From NCBI GenBank assembly GCA_951406725.2, contig OX597824.1, positions 63,364,001 to 63,428,000 on the forward strand: a DNA stretch of 64,000 nucleotides. The letters run 5' to 3'. Source of the stretch: Octopus vulgaris (Eukaryota). Positions 1 to 13,236 of this stretch are shown in pieces; the first letter of the stretch is position 1; each line of letters begins with the position of its first letter. Made by a program: the position numbers and the translations under genes. The notes under the pieces were generated by a model. That model was not told the DNA's origin. It saw nothing but the letters and a program-made list of their open reading frames with translations, and ran no database searches.

Positions 1-669
1 AAATAATGGTTAATTTTACCTCACTGTGAACTGAATGTTATGGTACCTTACAAGTCTTTCTAATGAATCCTGTAACACACACAATCTCTTTCTCTCTCTC
101 TCTTTACACACACACATATATATATATGTGTGTGTCTGTGTGTGTATGTGTGTGTGTATGTATGCATGTATATATTGATATATGTGTATGCGTGAGCGTG
201 CGTGTGTGTGTGTGTGTGTAGACACAGAAGTATGATCGATGTGAGGATGGGAAGCATGTGCAAGAGTAGCTAGGTACCAGGTTAGTGTTCGGAGAATTCC
301 AAATATTACAATCTATCTTCTTACTGACAGTATTGTGTTCAAAGAGCATGTGAGTTACATAGCAGAAAACGTTTCAATGAATATCAATAAAGCAAGATAC
401 GCAAACATTCATAGGTGTATGGAATACTTCTGCCTGTATTGTTACACAAGTTTATATGTTATAGTCTCAACTTTACAGCCGTTTCATTGCACGCAGTGAA
501 GAATCGCTTTGCTTTGCATTTTATTCGTTTAGTTGTAAAAATTATAAGGTGACATTACACAAAAGCACATAAGCAATATCAATATGCATGAACAACAAAG
601 ACACACAGACATAGATGTGTACACTCACACACACACCACACACACACGCACACAAACACACACACACAT

Positions 670-709
<40 letters not shown>

Positions 710-713
<4 letters not shown>

Positions 714-833
714 GACGGACATCTTTCAGTTGATGTCTGCCAGGTGCACTTATAAGGCTTTGGTTGGACCGAGACTATAGTAGAAGATATCTGCTTAAGA
801 TGCCACGCAGTGGGACTGAACCTGGAACCATGT
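710..833 (-). mobile_element. tRNA-derived SINE family A, 5' fragment
   Basis: Reverse complement matches the GGTTCAGTCCCACTGCGTGGCA-CTTGGGCAAGTGTCTTCTACTATAG...GAAAGAAGCCCGTCGTA head of the copy at 44913-45320. Confidence 0.75.
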
Positions 834-1154
834 TGTTCTATCACTACGACAATGATACTCATTCTTTGGAAGAGGCTGGCTGGTTTATTTTTGCCTCACC
901 TCAAGTCCTGCTAACTCCTTCGTCTGTTCTCTTCTCATCGCCACCGATGTGGCTTCTCCTCCATCCTTCGTTAGTCTTACACTAACGAATTAACCCCCAG
1001 TTCTTTCTCCTCTGAAAAGTCAATTCTTTGTCATAACTGTTTAGGTCTTTCGATATGTATCAGTCTTAAAACAGGTGTTCCGACCCTTTCTTTACAGAAG
1101 AAAACAACCCCAAACAATATAGATTTTTATTTGTGCACTTATGTGTATAATATA

Positions 1155-1286
<132 letters not shown>

Positions 1287-1399
1287 ATGTCTTTTCATAT
1301 ATCTCTCTCTCTTTCTCTCTCTGTGTCTCTACATATATATAGATAGGTAGATAGATTTACATAAGTATATACATGTATATATATATATACATATACGCA

Positions 1400-1940
1400 C
1401 ACACTTCTGGTTTTCTCTCCCACTCTTCCCTATTCTTCTTCTTTACTCTTCGCCCTTACCTCTCTCTCACTCTTCCTCCTCGACTCTCTCATCGCAGACA
1501 GGTGACGAAGGATAATCTGTCTTTCTTCCCACTACCTTCGTAAAGACAAAACGTGCTTATACTGTCCCCTTCATAAGCTTGTCTTCCTAGCATTCATAAT
1601 AATTTTTCTATCGTCTTGGCTTAACAGCCCTCACCGTTTGTTTTTACTGTTTTGTTCTCACTGTCCTGTTCTTGTTACCACTTTCACCTTCCGCAAAAAT
1701 TCCAAATTTTATTTCATTTGCTTTGCGGGAAGGACTGTTTCAAAGAAATCGCATATTGTGCTTGCCTTCGGAGCGTGGAGTAGATGAAACATGGACAACT
1801 GAAGAAGAGAAATATTCTTTTTGTTGTATGTCTCGTTTCTCTGTTTTTTTTCGTTGTTCGAAAAAAAGTTCGTTTCTATGTTTTTGCTTTATGTTTTCGT
1901 TTCTCATTGTGTTCAACGTTTTTTTGATGGCCTGTACCCA
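1400..1940. repeat. Dispersed non-coding element, copy 1 (possibly Penelope-like-derived)
   Basis: Homologous in inverted orientation to 3500-4030 (ccttccgcaaaaattccaaattttattt vs aaataaaatttgggattttgcggaggg); flanked by simple repeats. Confidence 0.6.
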
Positions 1941-2725
1941 TATATGCATGTATATATTCATATATATGTAGGTATGTACATATATGTATATATGTATATA
2001 TTTATATATTATTTATATTATACACACACACATACACATATATATATATTGTGTGCGTATGTGTACATTGTAAATAAGTTATGTATCAATCTAAGTGATT
2101 GTATGCATGTCTAGATATGTGCAGATATATAAATATATATATATGTGTATATATGATTATACTTATATGCACAAACACACACATACACACGTACGCACAT
2201 GCACACACATATGTACACGTGTGTGTGTATGTGTGTGCCAGTACCAGTGTGTGTGTATACTAAAGTGGTATTCTATATATATATATATTACCAGTACCAA
2301 TTCAATATCATATTGAGATTTTGTATACGAACTCGAGAAAGTGCAATCATATCTCAAATATCATCGTTCCTACTTGCGAAACGAGAAGACCCATCGAAAA
2401 GATTACATTGTGAGTGAGTAAATCAGGACTGATATTAGCGCTTATGTATCCTGATTTACAATGCAAAATAGGTCATATGTAAATCGCTGCAATGTAAAAG
2501 GGGTGGAGAACTTAACGTAAGGATTCTTTTAAAATGAGAACGATGTCGCGCGACCTCCAACACATTCCAACCAAGAGTTTCTCAAATGTCATTCGACCGC
2601 CAGACTGTGACAGCGACAAGAAATTATGGTCAAATCTGTTAATGTCTTCAATCATACGTTTTCTCAGTAAGGTTAAATATACGGCGGGAAAAATACAGAA
2701 AAAAACGACAGAACAATAAAAACTG

Positions 2726-2782
<57 letters not shown>

Positions 2783-3372
2783 GTATGTATCTATGTGTGA
2801 TTTACAGAAGATACAGACACACAAACACCTCTCTCTCTAACTCTTTCTCTCTTTCGCTTCAAAACAATTTTCGCAGTCGTCGTTAATCAAGCGTACTCAT
2901 TGGCGGATCTTTTACCGTTTATATGTTCAGCCATTAGATTGCGGCCATGCTGGATCACACAGTTGAAGGATTTAGTAGAACAATTCGACCATTGACTAAC
3001 CGCTTCTTTATGGAGACGTAATCAAGCCAACACTGTTTGCGTACACTTACAGACACACATCGCGCGCACACACTCACACTCGTGCGTGCCCGCACAGTAT
3101 CTTCTGCGTAGAAATAGATGTACGACTACTACTTTTTAATTTAGAGTACCGCGTACATTATCGTAATCCTGTTTTATTCCAGTACAATGGTTAAGCAAAT
3201 ACTTTACTCAGTGGGATTACAAGTTATGAGATAGAGAGTAAATGTCAGAGAAATTAAGTGTATACTAGTTCCTACGTGTGTTTCACCATTGTGATTGCAT
3301 GGAAGCCCGCATTGCATGCGCTAAATGCATTTGGATATTTAGCCTGAACGAAACATACGATGCAGGCATATA

Positions 3373-3417
<45 letters not shown>

Positions 3418-3499
3418 GAATACTATATATATATATATGCATATATACATACGTATATGTACATACTCACATCTATACGTATATATATAAGCATATGTA

Positions 3500-4030
3500 G
3501 GTACAGAACGTCACGAAACGTCTACAACAAAAAGTACGAAGCACAAGTACATGGAAGATGAACTATTCTTTCGAACAACGGAAGACACAAATGGAAAACA
3601 AAACAAACAACATAAAGAACGGCCCTTCATCATTTGTTGGCTGTTTTTTTATTCTCGTGTTTCGAGCATTTAAGAACAATATATGCTTTCGATATAACAG
3701 TTGCTCCCGCAAAACAAATTAAATAAAATTTGGGATTTTGCGGAGGGTCAAAATAGGTAACACAAATAGGGATAGGAATAACAAACATGAAGGGCTGCTA
3801 AGCCTAAACGAGGATATGGTGGCGAACGCGTAAATCAAGCTAGCGCTGGAGACAAACAAGAACACGTCTTCCTTGTCCCAGTCACAACAGAGAGAAAGAA
3901 AGAAAGATGACCGATGGTCACGTGGGAGCCACGTGAGCAAGGGAGAATGACCGAGGGAGAGAGAGTGACAGAATATGACAGAATAGTGGGAGACGTGGAG
4001 GTAAAAGAATAAGAGAGAGAAAAACAAAAG
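3500..4030. repeat. Dispersed non-coding element, copy 2 (inverted relative to 1400-1940)
   Basis: Reverse-complement similarity to 1400-1940 over several hundred bp. Confidence 0.6.
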
Positions 4031-4239
4031 AGTAAAAAGTTCGTATAGAGTGCGTACCAGAATTATTTAGGTAAAACTTACTTGGAAGAGGATGCGTGGC
4101 GTTCAATCATACGATAATGTAAATTATATATATATATATATATATAGACATAGATATGTATGTATGTATGTATATATAGTTCAAATGAATTATGAGTTCA
4201 CACAAATAAAAAAAAAACTTGGTTTTGTTTTATATACAT

Positions 4240-4765
4240 ATATATGCTTTCGGTGCGAATGGTCTTTCATTACAGCACCGTAATTTTAAATCCTTTAAAT
4301 GATAATAGTGTTATTCATATATAAGCATAAAGCTTATGGAAATCACCGAGCAATGACTAAGGAAAATAGTTTAATAAAGGGGCATACGGGCCCTCAACAC
4401 AAAAAAATGACAGCAAAAGGATTTCCTACACGCGTGAGAGTCGAACCCACGTTCCTCTGTTAACACGACCAAGCGTGTTACCTTTACACCAGCGAAACAG
4501 CATCAGTCTGCGTCTGAAATTTAAGAACTACATGTTAGTTTGTATTTGTTTTTATGTAAACAGCCTTGACATATGCTTTCGGTGCGAATGCTTTTTTATT
4601 TTACGGTGCCGTGATTTACGACCCTGTAAATAATAATAATGGCAATAACTAAAGAAAATAGTCTGATAAAGAGGCATATAAGCCCTCGATAGAAAAAAGG
4701 AAGGCTTTCCTATCAGCGTGGGAATCGAACCTACATCCCTTTGTTAACATGACAAAGTGTTATAT
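4240..4765 (-). repeat. Two diverged tandem units (~330 bp period) with tRNA-like pol III boxes
   Basis: atatgctttcggtgcgaat at ~4242 and ~4570; minus strand shows A-box-like TGGTGTAAAGG and B-box GGTTCGACTC (4425-4495) and GGTTCGATTCC (~4722-4732). Confidence 0.6.
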
Positions 4766-4994
4766 ATATTCAGTCAGAAGGAATTACACGCACGAGGCAA
4801 TAGCAGAAGGCACTTGCCCCAGTGTGCTGTTGCGTGGGACTGAACGCGAAACGAAGTCGGTGCGAAGTAAGCTTCTGAGTTACATTGTGTCTGAACCACA
4901 TAAATACAGCCTTGTCTGTACCTATACAGCTGTGCCTGTGCATGCCGGCGCCAAGAGAAGTTGCAAGAAAACTTTCATATAAACACACACTCAT

Positions 4995-5168
4995 ACATGA
5001 GGGGTGTTGAAATGGAGGGTCAGTTAATTATGATTTTATTCAACATATTCCACCCAGATTCACACACTTATTGCAGCGATCCATCAGTTTTTCTAGGCCA
5101 CGGAATGTTGGGCCTTCAACCAGGCCTTTTGCCAAACCCTTAAAGCCAGGAATTTGTTAGCCCCCACC
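4995..5168. mobile_element. Decayed mariner-type MITE
   Basis: Degenerate inverted ends gaggggtgttgaaa ... aatttgttagccccc; internal gattcacacacttattgcagcg recalls mariner 3' ends. Confidence 0.4.
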
Positions 5169-5225
5169 CCATCCCTTATACATGCATATACTTTTATTCT
5201 TTTATTCTTTTATTCTTTTATTTGT

Positions 5226-5476
5226 GGAGGCGCGTGGCTTAGTGGTTAGGGTGTCAGCATCATGATCGTTAGATTGTGGTTTCGATTCCTGGACCAGGCG
5301 ACGTGTTGTGTTCTTGAGCAAAACAATTCATTTCACGTTGCTCCAGTCCACTCAGCTGGCAAAAATGAGTAACGCTGAGATAGACTGGCGTCCCGTCCAG
5401 CTGGAGAACACATACACCACAGAAACCGGGAAACCAGGCCCATGAGCCAGGCTAGACCTTTAAAAGGGCCCATTTA
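5226..5476 (+). mobile_element. tRNA-derived CORE-like SINE family B with 17-bp TSD
   Basis: A box TGGCTTAGTGG, B box GTTTCGATTCC, CORE-like TTGTGTTCTTGAGCAA...CAAAAATGAG; TSD tttattcttttatttgt at 5209-5225 and 5477-5493. Confidence 0.85.
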
Positions 5477-5863
5477 TTTATTCTTTTATTTGTTTTAGTC
5501 ATTTGACTACAGTCATGTTAGAGCAGGGCTTTGAAGGGATTTAGTCGAACAAATCAACCCCATGACATATTTTTCTAAAGCTTAGAATTTATTCTATTAG
5601 TCTCATTTCCTGAACCCATAAGTTACGGGGATGTTAACAGACCAACACTGGTTGGGAAGAGGTGATGGGGACAAACACAGACACAAAGAGACGCAGACGT
5701 ATATATATATATCTACGTACAGTGAAAGAAGCCCGTAGGGCTTCTCTCAGTTTCCCTCTACCAAATACAACAGTGCTTTGGTCGGCCCGAGGCTATAGTA
5801 CAAGCGACTTACCCAAGGTGCCACGCAGTGGAAATGAACCCGGAGCCATGTCATTGGGAAGCC

Positions 5864-5865
<2 letters not shown>
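5477..5865 (-). mobile_element. SINE family A, near full length
   Basis: Reverse complement of family A head, central simple repeat and 3' CAGTCAAATGACT...(TAAAAGAA)n tail; the tail continues at 5191-5225, beyond the inserted SINE B. Confidence 0.8.
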
Positions 5866-5926
<61 letters not shown>

Positions 5927-5938
5927 GTGTGTAAAGAA

Positions 5939-5983
<45 letters not shown>

Positions 5984-6120
5984 CACATACATACATACAT
6001 ATATATGTATATATATTTATAAAAGTAAACCTCACAAACACTATCACACATAAATACGTGTGTGTAGATGTGTCTGTGTGATGGTGTTTGTGTGCATTTA
6101 TATTTGTATATATATGTGCG

Positions 6121-6167
<47 letters not shown>

Positions 6168-6228
6168 TTATACATAAATGCATACACATATATATCATAG
6201 GTATATATATATATATATGTATCATGTG

Positions 6229-6260
<32 letters not shown>

Positions 6261-6910
6261 CGTGTGTGTGTATATCTATACATATAAATATGTATGTATG
6301 TGTGTATATATATATATGTATAAATGTATTTAAGTGAGCAATCCCAAGAATATAACTAAAACACAAGCGTGGGTGGCTGCGTGCGCACGAGTCGATAAGT
6401 TCGCTCAGCGTGTGTGTATGTCTGTATGTGTGTGTGTGTGAGAGAGCTGTGTGTGCGCGCGCGTGTTTGTGCATGTGTGTGTATGTGCGTACGTATGTGT
6501 ATCTGTGTATGTATACCAAATACTTACGAAGTATGTGTAGCTGTGCTTTATATCTGATGTATGCGTTTAATCACTGTTTGTGTGTGTATATAGTAATGTG
6601 TGCGTGCGTGTGTTCGTGAGTATCTTATCTGCCCTATCCTGTTTAACAATTTCGCTCTACTTAATAATACTACTTATAAAGCATCATCATTAACGTTACC
6701 CATACGGTGGCTGCTGCTGCTGCCGCTGCTGCTGTTGCTGCAAATACTATTGCTTCTGCAGCTGCTGTTGATGTTGCTGCTGTTCTCGCTGTGCCTGCTG
6801 CTACTGCTGCTGCTGCTGCTAATAGTATTACGGAACGTAAAGGCATGGATTACACAGATTCCCACTTTTATTCCGTCTGAAGATTTCAGGATTCTGATTT
6901 ATGTAAGAAA

Positions 6911-6930
6911 CTTATTACTATTATTATTAA

Positions 6931-7012
<82 letters not shown>

Positions 7013-7428
7013 GTTGTTGTTGTTGTTGTTAAGACGGCGAGCTGGCGGAAAAGTTAGCTCGCCGGGCGAAATGCGTTGCCGTTACGTTCTGAGTTCAAAT
7101 TCTGCCGAGGTCGACTTTGCCTTTCATCCTTTCGGGGTCGATAAATTAAGTACCAGTTACGCACTGGGGGTCGACGTAATCGGATTAATCCCTCCCTTCA
7201 AAATTTCAGGCCCCTTGTGCCTATAGAAGATGGACTGGCAGAATTGATGGCGGCATTGCGTCCGTTTTTAGATTCTGATTCAAATTTCACCGGGGTCAAC
7301 TTTGCCATTCATCTTTTCGGGGTCGATAGAATAAGAGTCACTTGAACACTGGGGTCGATGTAATTGACTCATCCCCTCCCCCAAAATTGCTGTCCTTGCA
7401 GCCAAATTTGAAACCATTATTATTGTTA

Positions 7429-7475
<47 letters not shown>

Positions 7476-7557
7476 GTTATTATTATTATTGTTATTATTA
7501 TTATTATTATTATTATGATTATTATTATTATTATTATAATTATTATTATTATTATTA

Positions 7558-7627
<70 letters not shown>

Positions 7628-7800
7628 GGCGGTGAGCTGGTAGAATCGTTAGCACACTGGGCGAAGTACTTTGTGGTATTTTACCGGTCACTACATTCTG
7701 AGATCAAATTGCACCGAATTATCAATGGGGCACTGGGGTCGATGTAATGGACTTTCTCCATCCACCAAATTTTGAGCACTGCGCCTATAGTAGAAAGGCC

Positions 7801-7831
<31 letters not shown>

Positions 7832-8078
7832 GTTGTTATTGTTTATTCTTTTGGCGAGCCGGCAGCATCGTTAGCATTCCGAAGAAAAATACTCTGCGGC
7901 ATTTCGTCCGTCCTTAATTTCTGAGTTCAAATTCGGCCGAGGCTGGCTTTGCCTTTCATCCTTTCGTGAGTTGATGAAATAAGTACCAGTTGAGCGCTGT
8001 GGTCGATGTGACCGGTTATACCCCCTGCCCCAAAACTTCAAGCCTTGTGCTTATGGTAGAAAGTATTATCGTTGTTGG

Positions 8079-8172
<94 letters not shown>

Positions 8173-8390
8173 ATCGTCGCTGTTGTTGTTGTTGTTATTG
8201 TTTTATGTTGGTTTTTTTTTCTTTTGTTATTGTCAGCTGTTCAGCTGTATATTTTCCGTTCCTTTACATCCTGAGTTCAAATGCGCTCGAGGTCAACATT
8301 ACTTTTTCATCTTTTCGAGGGGCGATAAAATAAATACCAGCTGAATATTGAGATCAATGCAATCGAGAAGCACATTCCCTCCAAACAAAC
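6911..8390 (+). mobile_element. Head-to-tail array of ~5 tRNA-derived SINE family C copies separated by (ATT)n/(GTC)n tracts
   Basis: Units start GGCGGCGAGCTGGCAGAA (~7035, ~7231, ~7628, ~7852, decayed ~8235), with B box GAGTTCAAAT and central GTCGACTTTGCCTTTCATCCTTTCGGGGTCGATAAA-TAAGTACCAG. Confidence 0.85.
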
Positions 8391-8669
<279 letters not shown>

Positions 8670-9186
8670 TGTAGTACAAAGAATTATTGTTAGTAGTGCA
8701 TGTTGTAAATGTCGTGATGAAGATTTTGACATTGATGGTATTAGATTATATTGATGATGATGATGATGATGAGGAGGAGGAGGAGGAGGAGGAGGAGGAT
8801 GCTGGGGTGGAGCAACAGGCGGAGGAGGGGGATAAAGATGATAGTGGTGATGCTGTTGATGCTACTCTTAATGCAATCTCAGATATCATTGTTATTTTCA
8901 ATAATAATCATTGTCTTTATAAATTCAATTAATAGCAGCACCAGTAATAAGTGGTAGTAGTTGTTTGTTGTTTGTGTTGTTGCAACAGCAGCAGCAACAA
9001 CGTCAAGAACAGCCGTTTACAGTAGTAGTAGGATGCCGACATATTCTTATTCAAGAATTTTACAACTTTTCATTGTTCTACGATGTTTCTCCTTTCCTTT
9101 CATACACTTTTTTACTGGGAGTTGTGCACATGTCTGTATCTTCATCTGTCTCTATGTATGCGTGTGTTTGTCTCTGGTGTGGGGGG

Positions 9187-9252
<66 letters not shown>

Positions 9253-9510
9253 CCTATCTATCTATCTCCTATCTACCTATCTATTTACATATCGATCTAT
9301 CTATTTATCTCTCTCTCCCTGTAAATAATTATATATATGTGTGTGTGTGTGTGTTCTTGTATTCTTATATTTGTTTCAGTCATTTGACTGCGGCAATGCT
9401 GGAGCACCACTTATATATATATATGCGCGAGTGTATTCACGCATGCGTATATGAATTATTGGTATTTGATTCTTTTCCCTCCGTCTTTCCCATCTTTTTC
9501 CTTTTACTTT

Positions 9511-9582
<72 letters not shown>

Positions 9583-9585
<3 letters not shown>

Positions 9586-9954
9586 TTATATATAAAAGTG
9601 AGGTTGTGTGCTGTCTGTCTCCTACGATTTAGATTCCTAACTACTCCCACATTTTGCGGTGCAGTTTAACCAAAACCGGGTATCTTATAGTCGTGATTCA
9701 TATCGAGCCCTTCTGGGTAATAGCGCGCGTCTACGATTTACCATAAATTTTTCCCATTTTTAATGCATTTTTGCCATATATAAGGGAAGTAACTCTCAAA
9801 AAATTTATTAAATCTCAGAACGTAAAAAGCTACAGTAACACCCCCCTCCATTGTGGTTAGCCATATTGAGATGGCTATTATACTTTACATCTCTAAAAAT
9901 GCTTATATAGTTATTTCCCTTACAAACCCGAGCAACGCCGGGCGATACTGCTAG
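9583..9954 (+). mobile_element. Non-autonomous Helitron
   Basis: 5' TC(TTTATATATAAA), subterminal hairpin CCCGAGCAACGCCGGG, 3' CTAG; inserted between A and T in (TA)n without TSD. Confidence 0.85.
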
Positions 9955-9979
9955 TATATATATATATATATATATATAT

Positions 9980-10059
<80 letters not shown>

Positions 10060-10063
<4 letters not shown>

Positions 10064-10356
10064 ATAAATATTAGGGAATAAATTCAAATTTACAGGGAAA
10101 AATCAGATTTAGGATTAAATCCAATTTTATAGTAAAATATTATAAAATATTATTAGAGACAAAACCACTATTTTGCAAAACAAACAAGGAAAGACTTAAT
10201 CAATACATAAAATTTTAATAAATAGTCAAAAAAACCGCCACTACAATTGTTTCCTGTCTTGATCGACAATCTTCAGGTGGACTATTTATTAAAATTTTAT
10301 GTATTGATTAAGTCTTTCCTTGTTTGTTTTGCAAAATAGTGGTTTTGTCTCTAATA

Positions 10357-10366
<10 letters not shown>
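10060..10366 (-). mobile_element. Short element with perfect 87-bp inverted repeat, probably a Penelope-like pLTR remnant
   Basis: 10141-10227 is the exact reverse complement of 10280-10366; the loop carries a hammerhead; (TA)n on both sides. Confidence 0.7.
10238..10280 (-). ncRNA. Minimal type I hammerhead ribozyme, intact core
   Basis: Minus strand reads CCAC-CUGAAGA-UUGUC-GAUCAA-GACAG-GAAA-CAAUUG-UA^GUGG: helix I CCAC/GUGG, helix II UUGUC/GACAG, palindromic helix III ACAAUUGU, GUA cleavage triplet. Confidence 0.85.
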
Positions 10367-10429
<63 letters not shown>

Positions 10430-10465
10430 TTCCATATTTATATTTGCATTTGTGTATGTGCATTC

Positions 10466-10507
<42 letters not shown>

Positions 10508-10529
10508 ATGCGTGTGTTTATGTGCATGT

Positions 10530-10860
10530 GTGTCTGTATCAGGGCTCTCTGTCCTTCGATGATGAGATCTCACTTGCTCGATCAACTTAATAACTTTGTC
10601 TTGAATTAGTACCTAAGTGTTTGTGTATTCGACAAACATGTGCCACCTGAACTTAAATCTCTAGAAGCAAAATCTCTGTGACACTTTGCGGGACGATATC
10701 ACAATCCACTTGACGGGATTCTACAGAGATTTCCTCTACCCAAACTTACTTGCAACAAATGAGTCGGTCTGAAGCCATATAAGATGACATTAATCCAATA
10801 TGCCGCGCTCTGAAATCGAAACTGGTAGCGCGTGACTGAAAATCGAAGATCTTAATCGCT
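10530..10860 (-). mobile_element. SINE family A, highly decayed
   Basis: Residual similarity: tttcctctacccaaacttact...tgccgcgctctgaaatcgaaac...cttaatc. Confidence 0.45.
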
Positions 10861-11046
10861 TGATAGTTATCTTTTATGCGTGTTATTGTTCTGTGCCTTT
10901 TTTCTAGCTGTATTATCATTTGACCATACGGCGCCTAAACATACACATACGTACGTACACATACATACACACAGATAAATGTTTAGAGATAGACAGACAG
11001 ACAGACAGAAAGACACACAGATAGACAGACAGACAGACAGAAAGAC

Positions 11047-11081
<35 letters not shown>

Positions 11082-11098
11082 TAGATAGATAGACAGAC

Positions 11099-11199
<101 letters not shown>

Positions 11200-12153
11200 T
11201 GTAGGTAGGTAGGTAGGTAGGTAGATAGATATGTATACATGAATACACAGAAATTCACACGCACTCACACACACACACACACATATATATATATAAATAT
11301 ACATTCTCTAACACACACATGCACACATACACATGCACACACACAGATATATAGGCTCACTTTTGCGCGTTCATATTGTGCGTCTAATGCAGCAGTCATA
11401 TACATATACATACACGTAAACACATGCATGCAGAAACGCACACATATGTCAAAGTTGGTATTTCTCGCTTTTCTTCTATCTGCCTCTCTCACTACTTTTC
11501 TCGCTCTCTTTCTCTTTACCATTCTCTCAATCAAACATGTTATATTACCCCCACCCCCACTGTTTCTCTTTTCCTCCTCGCTGAACTTCTCTTTCTCTCA
11601 CTCCCTCTCTCTCTCTTTCTCTTTCTCGCTATCATTCTCTTAATGCCGTTTGCATCCTGTCTCTGACAAAAAGAAATATACTCAACATATGGTTTAATCT
11701 ATCTTTTATAAAGAATTCTACTACTGGCACAAGGCCACGGAACTGTAGAAGAACTGACGAAGCCGATCATACGGATCCTCGTATATAACTGGTATTAGCT
11801 GAGAGGTTTCCCGGTTAGGTGAAACAGCTTGTATTTTATGGTGGTTTCGATTCCATAACATGAGTCAAATTTTTATACTACAAATAATAATTAATCATTA
11901 ACTTTACAGTTTGATTCTCTTGCAGAGCGTGTACTTGAGAAATTTTTCCTTAGCTTTTGTTTGTAATAATCGCAACACTGTGTGCTTAATCACACACTGC
12001 AGTATGGTTTAGAAGTTCGATCCCTAACGACGTCGTTTCTGGATTTTTTAAAGTCAGTTGGCGTGGAATATTAGTTTATAATCAGATATTTTAAGTGACT
12101 TTAAAGAGTATATAGGGACCAGCTTCACCACAAGGCTGAAACTAGTGGTTGTC

Positions 12154-12216
<63 letters not shown>

Positions 12217-12273
12217 GCGCAAAACACATACATAATGTGTGTGTATGTGTGCGCGCGGATGTGCGTGTATGTA

Positions 12274-12358
12274 CAGTAACCTCTCGCAATATAGTGACTC
12301 ACCTATCACGGAAAGGGGGTCGTGGAAAGTAACACCCACTATAATCGAAGGATTACTG
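12274..12358. mobile_element. 85-bp Tigger/pogo-like MITE
   Basis: TIRs CAGTAACCTCTCG / CGAAGGATTACTG flanked by TA on both sides; same end type as 53420-53568. Confidence 0.65.
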
Positions 12359-12433
12359 TATTACATTTATATATATACATAAATACATATATCTTTCTAT
12401 CTATCTATCTCTCTCCCCCCACTCTCTCTCTCT

Positions 12434-12507
<74 letters not shown>

Positions 12508-12543
12508 GAAGGTATGAAAATGCAGTTTTAAAGATGTTTATTG

Positions 12544-12585
12544 ACTTGACCGGTTTCACTTTTTTAGAAAAAGATTGTCAAAAGT
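12544..12585 (-). ncRNA. Minimal type I hammerhead ribozyme, U3-A8 core variant
   Basis: Minus strand reads ACUU-UUGACAA-U-CUUUUU-CUA-AAAAAG-U-GAAA-CCGG-UC^AAGU: helix I ACUU/AAGU, helix II CUUUUU/AAAAAG, palindromic helix III ACCGGU, GUC triplet. Confidence 0.7.
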
Positions 12586-13013
12586 AAAATGTAGGGCTTT
12601 GTATAAGCTTTGTTGTGTTAAGTACTGGTTGTCACAAAAGTATTAAAATACAGTTATACAGTCTTTGATAATAAGAAATAAATATTGAAAACAGTTTACA
12701 AGAAAGTATTTAAGAAAGAATTCAAAACGGGACTACCAAAAGTATTATGAGTTCAATAAAAATCATGTTTGTTTGATAGTATATATACACAGGAGAAATA
12801 TTTAAGAATTTACAAAAAGTTGGAGAGGAACTGACCTGTCATTCTGACATTTTCTGTCTTGTGTGTAGCTAAGGAATGTTTGCTATTTTAAGGGACAGTA
12901 TTCAGTGTTCCTGTCAGAATGACAGGTCGGTTCCTCCCCAATTTTTTGTAAATTCTTAAATATATCTCCTTCTGTGTGTGTGTATGTGTGTGTGTGTGAG
13001 TGTGTGTGTGTGT

Positions 13014-13055
<42 letters not shown>

Positions 13056-13236
13056 CAAACAAACATGATTTTTATTGAACTATAATACTTTTTGTAGTCC
13101 CGTTCTGAATACTTTTTTTCAATACTTTCTTGTAAATTGTTTTTAACATTTTCTAATTACTATCAAATATTGCATAACTATATTTTAATACTTTTGTGAT
13201 AACCAGTACTTAACACAACAAAGCTTTACATTTTAC
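12584..13236. repeat. Long imperfect inverted repeat (arms 12584-12849 and 12912-13236) adjoining the hammerhead
   Basis: e.g. gacctgtcattctgaca / tgtcagaatgacaggtc and aagctttgttgtgttaagtactggtt / aaccagtacttaacacaacaaagctt; the right arm has a (TG)n expansion. Confidence 0.9.

Noticed and set aside
2318-2460. Possible exon (FVYELEKVQSYLKYHRSYLRNEKTHRKDYI|gtgagt) and an 11-bp hairpin GTAAATCAGGA/TCCTGATTTAC
   Set aside because: Weak GAG acceptor with no pyrimidine tract, no recognisable homology; the hairpin is too short to support a miRNA call
4425-4500. Functional tRNA gene
   Set aside because: A and B boxes are present, but the acceptor and anticodon stems do not pair; treated as a tRNA-derived repeat
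7035-8390. Regularly recurring motifs with spacers that look CRISPR-like
   Set aside because: Eukaryotic SINE copies of ~200 bp separated by microsatellites; no short constant repeat, unique spacers or cas genes
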